Below, in pieces: positions 25,977 through 33,255 of a DNA stretch of 33,255 nt (positions within the stretch are counted from its first letter, which is position 1; every line of letters begins with the position of its first letter). A program made the translations under genes and the position numbers. Under the pieces are notes generated by a model, which was not told the DNA's origin, did not search any database, and saw nothing but the letters and a program-made list of their open reading frames with translations. The DNA is taken from positions 64,001 through 97,255 of IMG/VR virus record IMGVR_UViG_3300028581_000022, one strand, 5' to 3'. The stretch comes from a virus. Taxonomy: Duplodnaviria > Heunggongvirae > Uroviricota > Caudoviricetes.

Positions 25977-26408
25977 TTAACGTATTATACCATCTCCTAT
26001 GCCCATAGCTGTTGTAAAACCTTGGCACACTACTGGACCACCAGCGTTACCACCAAACGCTGTAACGGCCACTCCTGGAGGGATTACAACATCTACTTTG
26101 GCTTCATTTAAAATAGTGTTTACTATTTGTTGAACCCTGATTAATTCCATTGCTTCTTCAACGTTTGGTCCGTCAGCAAAAACATCACCAACAACTCTAC
26201 CAGCATCTGATTGTTTGCTTATAACTTCTGATGCTATTGCTTGTGCAGAAATTCCAGGTCTTAGCTTTGCTCCAACCATAACCAAAGGTGGTGGTAACGG
26301 TTCAACTGGTGGTTCTGGAATTTGAAAGGAGGTTAAAATTAAATTTAAAATCCCATTAATTGATGAGAAATTAAAGCCTGATGTTGGTATTGGTTTAACG
26401 TCTGCCAT
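25977..26408 (-). CDS. Putative baseplate/tail-associated protein (143 aa)
   Basis: Gly/Pro/Val-rich beta C-terminus (VVIPPGVAVTAFGGNAGGPVVCQG), located just upstream of the spike gene. Confidence 0.65.
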   Translation of the reverse strand: MADVKPIPTSGFNFSSINGILNLILTSFQIPEPPVEPLPPPLVMVGAKLRPGISAQAIASEVISKQSDAGRVVGDVFADGPNVEEAMELIRVQQIVNTILNEAKVDVVIPPGVAVTAFGGNAGGPVVCQGFTTAMGIGDGIIR

Positions 26409-27838
26409 TACAATAAATTATCTAGTAAATTTCTTATTAGGTTAGGTGGTAGCCCAATCAATGATTGTAACTGAGCTAACTTATTTGTGTTTTTTTCTAT
26501 TTGTTTTTTAGCTATAGTTTGTGCTACAAGAATAGCTATTTCTTTTAAGGCAATAGTCAATAGTATTTTAATTAATTCTACCGCAATAACTTTCATAATG
26601 TTATTAATCAAGTTTTTGTTCTTTTTGATAAAATCAATTGGGTCACTAAATGTTGCTGTCGGCCCGTATACTATTTTATAGTTTATCAAAAATACAAGAA
26701 TTACCTTTGGTGATAGAATAATTCCTACTATTGATTTAATCATCGAAACTATTATTTGTTGTATAAAATTAAGTTTTGATGAGACAACATCACTAGGGTT
26801 TGGTACATTAGCTGTACTCAAATTAGCCATGTTATTTAAGTTAGATGAAATAACATCTTTCTTTTGAGCTAACGTTGTTGCTAATAATAATTGTTGATTG
26901 TAAGAAGTCAAACTACCTATGGGTACTGAAGAAGGAATATCATTTGCGGTTTTAATATTTTTAAAACCTCTTTTTCTAGCAGCTGCTTCAGCTTGTTGTT
27001 TTAATGTTTCTTCTTTTGAGAAACTAAACGCAGAATCATTTATTGGCCCTTTGTTGACATTATTAACCATTTTGTCAACAACACCGTTTATTTTTTGTTC
27101 ATTCTCTAAAACTTTTTGTGAGATACCAGCAACTGATGAAACGGTACCATAAATGATATCCATTATTTTATTTAAAACATTTGCAGAATTTATTAATTGT
27201 AATGAATCAATAAAATCATTATTTAAATCAGTTAATGTTTTTGTGTCGTATGCTGGGGCCGCTGTTATCGTTAATGTATTATTAGGGTTACCGCCAGTAC
27301 CTAATTCATTGAAAGTTATGTTTAAAATAGGACTACCTTGTGGCCACTGATATGTAACTGTTGGATTTTGAATTACTTCATATAGAAAAGTATTTAAATC
27401 ACTACTACTTGTTAACGGTGTTACAACATCATTGTAAATTAGTTTACCTGGAACAGAATTGGGGTCTGTTCTAAGCATATCTAAAAAATCTATTTTTCTT
27501 ACTTCTATTACAATACCAGTGCCTGTTGATTGAATCCAAGTTGGTAAACTAGGGTCGACACCACAGCTAACGATTGATTTTAATTCAGTTTTTAAAGCTT
27601 TTTTTATAGCTCTTTCTATTTTAGGTAACGAATTGGTGAGTGTTTCTACAACAGTCGTTACCAATGCTTCAAAACCTACTAAAACTTTTATAAGGTCTGT
27701 TAAAAAAGTTATTGCATCACCATCATTGTTAATAGATGGCATCGATGAGCTTGACTTTAGTTTTGGCATCCCAGAAGCTAAAGTTTTTGCGGCTGCAATT
27801 TTTCCAAAAACTTTTTTCTTTTTATTTATAACACTCAT
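26408..27838 (-). CDS. Hypothetical, putative virion protein (476 aa)
   Basis: Coupled to both neighbours by 1-nt stop/start overlaps; amphipathic, hydrophobic helices at the C-terminus. Confidence 0.8.
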   Translation of the reverse strand: MSVINKKKKVFGKIAAAKTLASGMPKLKSSSSMPSINNDGDAITFLTDLIKVLVGFEALVTTVVETLTNSLPKIERAIKKALKTELKSIVSCGVDPSLPTWIQSTGTGIVIEVRKIDFLDMLRTDPNSVPGKLIYNDVVTPLTSSSDLNTFLYEVIQNPTVTYQWPQGSPILNITFNELGTGGNPNNTLTITAAPAYDTKTLTDLNNDFIDSLQLINSANVLNKIMDIIYGTVSSVAGISQKVLENEQKINGVVDKMVNNVNKGPINDSAFSFSKEETLKQQAEAAARKRGFKNIKTANDIPSSVPIGSLTSYNQQLLLATTLAQKKDVISSNLNNMANLSTANVPNPSDVVSSKLNFIQQIIVSMIKSIVGIILSPKVILVFLINYKIVYGPTATFSDPIDFIKKNKNLINNIMKVIAVELIKILLTIALKEIAILVAQTIAKKQIEKNTNKLAQLQSLIGLPPNLIRNLLDNLL

Positions 27839-28233
27839 TATAAATCTATTTCAGACTCGTTATCCGTTTCTTTTGATGTGTTTTTAAGCATTTCTCTGAT
27901 TGATTTGAAGTCACTCAAAGAAGCTGAACCACTGCTTCTTTCTGAAATGGTTGCATCAACATCGCCACGATTTTTAATTATATCGCTTTGTAATTTTGCT
28001 AATTCTAATTTGATTCTTATTGCAGAATCTTTAATTTTAAGAAGCCCACCTTTTTCTTTAGCGATTTTTGTTAAGTCGTCAACATCGGTAGGTGTTGCAC
28101 TAGTAGCAAGCTCATTTATTGTTCTTTGAGCGTCATTTATTTGTAAACAAGCATCATTATAAGTTTCTTGCATCAATGATTCGAGACTATCATTATTGTT
28201 TACCTTTACATCAGTTTTTCTTTTACGTGGCAA
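27838..28233 (-). CDS. Coiled-coil hypothetical protein (TTG start)
   Basis: Basic N-terminus PRKRK followed by two long helices; translationally coupled to the next gene. Confidence 0.75.
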   Translation of the reverse strand: MPRKRKTDVKVNNNDSLESLMQETYNDACLQINDAQRTINELATSATPTDVDDLTKIAKEKGGLLKIKDSAIRIKLELAKLQSDIIKNRGDVDATISERSSGSASLSDFKSIREMLKNTSKETDNESEIDL

Positions 28234-28249
28234 AATTTCTAAGTTTTAA

Positions 28250-28906
28250 TTAATTGTTATATTTATTCAAATTTCCTTCATAAACAACACCATTTATCTC
28301 CCTTGTTGTAGCCCATAATGGTTGTAAGTTAGATAAACAATTAACTATCTTAATAGGGGTGTTTTTATCAAAAGATGACACTGGTTTAATGTGGTCTATA
28401 TGCCATTGACCGTAATTATCCCAAGACATACCTTTAGTAAATAGTGATTCTAAATGTTGTTTAAGTTCTAAAGCTGAGTAACCTAACAAATCAATTGTTT
28501 TACCTTCTTTAGATTTACCCAGTCTTTTTAATGTGTTTTTTAAAAACAATCTCCATCTTAATGTGTGTGAATTTTTGTTATAGTTATAACGATATTTTTT
28601 CCTTTCATCAGTTTTTTCTAAATCACGATAATATTGGATGTTTTCATCATAATATTCTCGTTTCTTTTTTTTAACCTCTGGTTTAGTACTATAATTCTTT
28701 AAATACTCTTTATTTTTTTCACTGTTCGCTAATCTATACTCTATATTATATTCAGTTATTTTAACTAAATTAGTTTCTTGATATTTAATCATGTATTTTC
28801 TAGTACATGATTTACATGTATTCCCAAAACCATCTTTAGAAGTTTTACGTTTTGTAAATTCATTAAGTGTTTTAACCAAATTACATTTATTACATGTTTT
28901 TTCCAT
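28250..28906 (-). CDS. Free-standing HNH homing endonuclease with an N-terminal zinc finger
   Basis: CNKC...CKSC zinc finger and GMSWDNYGQWHIDHIKPVSSF...NLQPLWA HNH core. ATG 28906 is preferred over GTG 28921. Confidence 0.85.
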   Translation of the reverse strand: MEKTCNKCNLVKTLNEFTKRKTSKDGFGNTCKSCTRKYMIKYQETNLVKITEYNIEYRLANSEKNKEYLKNYSTKPEVKKKKREYYDENIQYYRDLEKTDERKKYRYNYNKNSHTLRWRLFLKNTLKRLGKSKEGKTIDLLGYSALELKQHLESLFTKGMSWDNYGQWHIDHIKPVSSFDKNTPIKIVNCLSNLQPLWATTREINGVVYEGNLNKYNN

Positions 28907-28933
28907 ATCTATAAATATCACCGATTTAATTAT

Positions 28934-29161
28934 TTACATCATAGCACCATCTGGTACATTTGGTGGGTTAAGGTTTCTACCTTTTTTAATTAAAGCTGTT
29001 TGTAAAGCTTTAACCGCCATTGGTGGTAAATTTAGATTGTCACACCCAATAGCATCACTTAATATTTGAGCGACTTCAAATTCATTAAAATAAATCATTG
29101 GTGGTATTGATTCATTCAATAAACGTCTATTCGCTTTATCTATAGCTGATTTTTTACTCAT
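28934..29161 (-). CDS. Small hypothetical protein (75 aa) with a basic leader ending in LLNE
   Basis: ORF with a TATTTATA motif 14 nt upstream. Confidence 0.7.
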   Translation of the reverse strand: MSKKSAIDKANRRLLNESIPPMIYFNEFEVAQILSDAIGCDNLNLPPMAVKALQTALIKKGRNLNPPNVPDGAMM

Positions 29162-29175
29162 GATTTATATTTTAC

Positions 29176-29183
29176 TATAAATA
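29176..29183 (-). promoter_or_regulatory. Putative phage late promoter core (TATTTATA on the - strand)
   Basis: 14 nt before ATG 29161; marks the start of the - strand structural operon. Confidence 0.65.
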
Positions 29184-29211
29184 CCTCAAACAAAGGTTTT
29201 ATTGCTATTTT

Positions 29212-29937
29212 CTACAACCCAGTTTGTTTTAAAAAGTCATAAAGTTGTTTATAGCGCTTCATTGCCAATCTAATGTCTTTCGTTGACAAATTGGTGTAAT
29301 TCCTCATGGTTTCTAAAACAGAGTTTTTGTTATATTTGGAACCACCTTCCATAGCTTGAAATGCTGTTTCCCAATTTTCTAATATATCAATCAAAGCATA
29401 ACCAACTTTTTTCTCGTTATCAGTTAGTTTCTTTTTTGCTGGTTGGTTTTCATCATTTAACTCTTCTTTTATACTATTTGTTATTTTACCTATGAAATCT
29501 TCCATAGAAAATGTTTCAGCATCTATTACGTAAGTTAAATCTGACCTTTCCTCCAAATCATCATACATATCTTCATATGAAGCGGTCTGTTTGATGTGTT
29601 TCTCGTCTTTGATTAAAAGACCTAGAATGTAGTTTTTACTAATGGTTCCAAAATATGAATAAGCTTTTTTTCCTCTTCCACTTTCGAACTTATGTACTTT
29701 TGTCATTAAAAACGAAATGGTGTCACTATGTAAATCTTCAAATGTTTCACCTTTTCTATATAATTTGTACCTTTTAATTATCGACTCAATCATTTTATCG
29801 AGTGGCCCTCTAAGCCACTCGTTAAAAATTTGATTCCTTTCTTCTTCGTCTGTTGATTCTAAAAATTTAATTACTGCTTCTTCTTCATTTGGACCAAAAT
29901 ACATTTCATCTTTTCTTTTGCGTCCTCTTGCCACCAT
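29212..29937 (-). CDS. Phage RNA polymerase sigma factor (gp55-like late sigma)
   Basis: Sigma region-2-like segment DKMIESIIKRY...EDLHSDTISFLMTKVHKFESGRGKKAYSYFGTISKNYI, with an N-terminal YF..EE.AV motif. Confidence 0.8.
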   Translation of the reverse strand: MVARGRKRKDEMYFGPNEEEAVIKFLESTDEEERNQIFNEWLRGPLDKMIESIIKRYKLYRKGETFEDLHSDTISFLMTKVHKFESGRGKKAYSYFGTISKNYILGLLIKDEKHIKQTASYEDMYDDLEERSDLTYVIDAETFSMEDFIGKITNSIKEELNDENQPAKKKLTDNEKKVGYALIDILENWETAFQAMEGGSKYNKNSVLETMRNYTNLSTKDIRLAMKRYKQLYDFLKQTGL

Positions 29938-30734
29938 TAGACAGTTTGTTCTTGGTACGTTATGCTTCTATCTTTTGTAAAATAGTACTCTTTTTTAGCT
30001 TGAGCTAACCACCACTTGGCTTCTACTGGTGTCATATAATCTTTATAAGACGAGAATAAAGAATCTGGTCTCTGATTCATGTGTTTATAACCAAATCTAG
30101 GGATAACCATAACTTTGATGGCTTTAAAAGTCATACGAAGTAGGAATTCATAGATGAAAGTTAGTTTGATACTTGCTTTGAAACCACCAAAGTCTTCGTA
30201 AATTGATTTCTTCATAACAATACCATCAATATTAAAGTTTTGATAAGCCAACAATGCGTTATTGTCTAAGACACCTAGTTCATCAGAAAAACTTTGGGCC
30301 CATACAGCTTCGTTTGTCAAACCAATAAATTGATTGTTTGAATCAACATCAATTACAATTGGCATAAAGATTTCAACTTCTGGATGTGCTTCACGATATT
30401 TTAAAACGTTTTTAAACCAAATTTTAGCGTATTCATCATCCATCTCTAAGAAGCTAATCCATTCAGATTTTGCAACACTCACACCATAATTTGTTTGTGA
30501 AGCAAAGTCTGTTTGACCTTCATTTTCAGCAATTGTAACTGATGATTTATAATCACCAAAATCAAAGGCTTTTACATATGTGGCAGCATCACTACCTTTT
30601 GGAACAACGATAACCAATTCATCTGGCCTTACTAGTTGTTCCTTTACACTTTGTACTGCATTAGTAAATAATTTTTTTGTATCATCGTTCAACTTGTGAA
30701 CGGGTAAAATAACGCTTATGTTGTTTTTTTCCAT
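29937..30734 (-). CDS. Glycosyltransferase family 2
   Basis: ISVILPVH...NAVQSVKEQ..PDELVIV, NYGVSVAKSEWISFLEMDD. Confidence 0.88.
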   Translation of the reverse strand: MEKNNISVILPVHKLNDDTKKLFTNAVQSVKEQLVRPDELVIVVPKGSDAATYVKAFDFGDYKSSVTIAENEGQTDFASQTNYGVSVAKSEWISFLEMDDEYAKIWFKNVLKYREAHPEVEIFMPIVIDVDSNNQFIGLTNEAVWAQSFSDELGVLDNNALLAYQNFNIDGIVMKKSIYEDFGGFKASIKLTFIYEFLLRMTFKAIKVMVIPRFGYKHMNQRPDSLFSSYKDYMTPVEAKWWLAQAKKEYYFTKDRSITYQEQTV

Positions 30735-30741
30735 TTTAATC

Positions 30742-31908
30742 TTATTTAATTAAGTTGTTAGTTTCTTCTGTGAATTCGTTATACTGTGCTTCTAAATTTT
30801 TAATTAAAAAGTCAATTTCAGCTTCTCTGTTTTTAATCAATTCACCATATATCGCTTTCATAGTTTCTTTTTGTTTCTCTTCAGTGTATTGGCCTTTACT
30901 TTCTTTGATACCTTCAAGCAAATCACTTGGTACTGAATCTTCTAGCCATACTTTAAGGTATGTAGCAATAAGTTCTGGGATGTTAATTGTAGTATTGGTC
31001 CAAACACCGTTGTTTTTAATCAAAATATTTCCATCAGCGTCTTTGCTTTCCATCCATTCTGGTACCAAGTTAGGAATTTTGCCAATTACTGGTGTCTCAC
31101 ACTCCATAGCTTCAACTGGGAAGGTTCCAAAACCAGATGGGTCATCAACCCAAATAGCCAAACAACATTTACCCAATTCTGTTGCAAATTGTTTTCTAGA
31201 CAGACCTCTAAGTTCTTTAAACGTAATCCATTTGTACATAGGATACTGCAAGTAGAATGATTTAGCAATCTTAGCAGCATCACCATGATTCCTTGTTAAG
31301 ATGGCAATCATAGGTATTTTTGGCTTATCGCTAGGTTTAAAGTATGACGGAATAGAAACTGGTACTATATGCGTTCTGATTGAAGGGAATAGAGTCGATA
31401 GATAAGACGCTTGTTTTTCGCTAGTAGTGATAACATCATTAAAACCATAATCGGTATTCCATCTTTTACCAATTGGTAACAACTCTAAAAGATAATCGTA
31501 ATTTTGAGAGAAAACAATTTTTTTACATGGGAAACCTTTCACTTGGTCCATGATGCTAGAAAATATTTCTGGGATAATAATAAAATCACTAGGGCTAATA
31601 TTCAAATTTTGACTTTCAATCGATAAGTGTGGTAGAGCAGCATACTCCTCACCCAACCAATCTGAAATACCTTGACCAGACGCATCGCCTTTTAATTTGT
31701 AATCATTTTTTTCATGTAGAATAGATGCTTTATAACCTAATTCATTTAATACTTTTACATGTTCGTAAATGTTTGCGATTCCAGCGGTAGGGTTACCTTT
31801 AGTATCAATGGCAAAAAAATAAAGGCTAAAATCTTTATTTTTCAATTTCTCCAAAACAGTCTTACCTTGGCTGATTTGTGTTTCAAATTGTTCTTTTTGT
31901 TGTTTCAT
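30742..31908 (-). CDS. GT-B fold glycosyltransferase (GT4-like)
   Basis: C-terminal nucleotide-sugar motif GFGTFPVEAMECETPVIG; N-terminal AGIANIYEHVKVLNELGYKASILH. Confidence 0.82.
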   Translation of the reverse strand: MKQQKEQFETQISQGKTVLEKLKNKDFSLYFFAIDTKGNPTAGIANIYEHVKVLNELGYKASILHEKNDYKLKGDASGQGISDWLGEEYAALPHLSIESQNLNISPSDFIIIPEIFSSIMDQVKGFPCKKIVFSQNYDYLLELLPIGKRWNTDYGFNDVITTSEKQASYLSTLFPSIRTHIVPVSIPSYFKPSDKPKIPMIAILTRNHGDAAKIAKSFYLQYPMYKWITFKELRGLSRKQFATELGKCCLAIWVDDPSGFGTFPVEAMECETPVIGKIPNLVPEWMESKDADGNILIKNNGVWTNTTINIPELIATYLKVWLEDSVPSDLLEGIKESKGQYTEEKQKETMKAIYGELIKNREAEIDFLIKNLEAQYNEFTEETNNLIK

Positions 31909-31928
31909 TTTTTTAATTTTTTGTAACG

Positions 31929-32285
31929 TTATTCTTTTTCTTTTAAGATTCCATAGTTCATTAATGTATTAAAACAAAGTTGATATGACAATGGTTTTTT
32001 TTCTAAGGCTCTATCAGCTCCTAGCGTTGTATCTTCCTCATCACCATCTTCAGATTCTAATAGTATTTCAATCATTGTTCTTAAAATATCAAAATTTGGA
32101 GCGTTGACCTCTTTCTGTTTATCAGTAATATGGATGTATTCTTCAGTTGTTAAAATATCACCATTCACATCTTTGGTAGTTTTAAATTCTTTAATTTCAA
32201 CCTTTTCATCTGGTTTTGTAATTGTGATAAATTTATCAAATGCTTTTAAATCAATGTAGTATACTACACCACCGTATTCAATCAT
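31929..32285 (-). CDS. Hypothetical protein (118 aa)
   Basis: Co-oriented ORF within the operon. Confidence 0.75.
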   Translation of the reverse strand: MIEYGGVVYYIDLKAFDKFITITKPDEKVEIKEFKTTKDVNGDILTTEEYIHITDKQKEVNAPNFDILRTMIEILLESEDGDEEDTTLGADRALEKKPLSYQLCFNTLMNYGILKEKE

Positions 32286-32286
32286 G

Positions 32287-32895
32287 TTAATTAATTTCTT
32301 CGTATGTTGTTGTTATTGTTTTGCTTAGTATTTTCGTTCTAAGGTCATGGTTTTGAATGAAATCTAAAATAGATTCAATTTCGTAATCAGCTTTGACACC
32401 TTCATTGTAGCTAGCTTTAACTTTTACACTAATTTTGTCATTTGGTTTTGATTCTAGCGCAATTGGGTTTGCGGTAATTAAAACATCTAAATCACCCCAC
32501 TCATCTTCATTTCTTTTTACAAATCTTAAACTAGTTGGTCTAGCTCCAACTTTTGATAAAAAGAATAAAGTGGCTGGAATTGATTTATTAACCTCACGGC
32601 TAACAATTTCGATTTGATGTTCTTCATCGTCTTCAATGTCCATGATGAATTCATTTAAACGATTGAAAAGACCATCTTTTAGTTGGTCAGCATGACCAAA
32701 AATTTCTAGAGGGGCTTCCAGATATAAAAAGCTATTTAATTTATTTATATCTTCAAATTCATAGTGTTGAAGCAAATCAAACGATTTAACATCACCTTCT
32801 TTAACTTTTGATTCAGCGATGTACTTATCGTAAGTATAATTAAATTGCCCTAAAAAATCTCGAAGCACTTCGTTTACACTAATACCTATTTTCAT
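32287..32895 (-). CDS. 5'(3')-deoxyribonucleotidase-like HAD-fold protein with degenerate catalytic motifs
   Basis: MKIGISVNEVLRDF aligns to the HAD I-D-x-D-G-V-L-x-D motif. Also EIVSRE, ATLFFLSK, and LITAN in place of LIDD. Confidence 0.65.
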   Translation of the reverse strand: MKIGISVNEVLRDFLGQFNYTYDKYIAESKVKEGDVKSFDLLQHYEFEDINKLNSFLYLEAPLEIFGHADQLKDGLFNRLNEFIMDIEDDEEHQIEIVSREVNKSIPATLFFLSKVGARPTSLRFVKRNEDEWGDLDVLITANPIALESKPNDKISVKVKASYNEGVKADYEIESILDFIQNHDLRTKILSKTITTTYEEIN

Positions 32896-32950
32896 AAAAC
32901 AAATTTAATATTTATTTTTGGATAAGTAAAGCAAAAAAATAAAAAAAAAA

Positions 32951-33255
32951 TTACAAAAATTTATTAACTATTTTTTTAAACCAGTTTGTATTTGTTTCTT
33001 TTGTTTTATTTGTTTTTGGTGGTTCAATTTTTTGTTGTGGTTTACCAGTATGATAAAGGTCAAATATTGGTTCTATTTGTTTTATTAATGGGTGTCTAAC
33101 AACATCATCCAAACTAAATTCTACAACATCTACTCTATCAATATTTTTAAAATGTTTTGTTAAAAACATTAATGCGCTATCATATTTGTTTTTTTGGTCT
33201 ATTTGTTTTAAATCCCCAAGTAATATCATCTTGCTATTTTCACCTAATCTAGTTA
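32951..33255 (-). CDS. phoH: PhoH-family ATPase, C-terminal part (5' end lies outside the window)
   Basis: The frame is open to the window end: TRLGENSKMILLGDLKQID...SAL...F..DDVVRHPLI, the PhoH C-terminal signature. Confidence 0.92.
   Translation of the reverse strand, partial: TRLGENSKMILLGDLKQIDQKNKYDSALMFLTKHFKNIDRVDVVEFSLDDVVRHPLIKQIEPIFDLYHTGKPQQKIEPPKTNKTKETNTNWFKKIVNKFL

Noticed and set aside
28934-29030. VKALQTALIKKG..PDG as a truncated peptidoglycan-binding domain broken by the HNH insertion
   Set aside because: The resemblance covers only about 20 residues and no remainder of the domain was found downstream; too weak without an alignment.
24767-29183. + strand TATAAATA copies as canonical T4 late promoters
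   Set aside because: In that orientation they point away from the adjacent gene starts; the consistent sense-strand form across both blocks is TATTTAT.
1-33255. Stop-codon reassignment (as in Lak or some crAss-like phages)
   Set aside because: Conserved genes are full-length in the standard code, and TAG ends genes at sensible positions (14824, 16239, 25788).
1-33255. CRISPR array, tRNA or rRNA genes
   Set aside because: No regularly spaced direct repeats or cloverleaf-like segments were seen; intergenic gaps are short and mostly explained by terminators and promoters.

Overview
This is a 33-kb, strongly AT-rich segment of a large T4-like tailed phage (huge/jumbo myophage type), read in the standard genetic code. 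The + strand block (1-20758) carries a 5'-truncated thyA, then a cluster of modular, acidic or Cys-rich putative internal head proteins. These are followed by the T4-type head module: large terminase, portal interrupted by a 425-aa HNH-bearing intein, prohead protease, scaffold and major capsid protein. The convergent - strand block (20822-33255) carries glycosyltransferases, a zinc-ribbon protein, a ParB-like protein, baseplate/virion genes, a free-standing HNH endonuclease, a gp55-like late sigma factor, a degenerate HAD nucleotidase and 5'-truncated phoH. A-rich starts without Shine-Dalgarno sequences and a TTTG-N20-TAnnTTTG promoter point to a Bacteroidota host (inference). The most notable signals are: (1) a probable -1 frameshift or slippage site (A10 plus hairpin, 2952-2981) that would fuse two head-protein ORFs; (2) a Pro-initiated, block-F-Cys (class-3-like) intein with an HNH domain in the portal; (3) 'polyprotein' cargo genes built from small modules separated by [ILV]-x-E prohead-protease sites; (4) a recurring late-promoter motif TATTTAT, the reverse complement of the T4 late promoter core; and (5) a strand-specific structured 5' leader at 22514-22570. 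No tRNA, rRNA or CRISPR array was seen. All family assignments come from motif recognition by eye; no searches were run.
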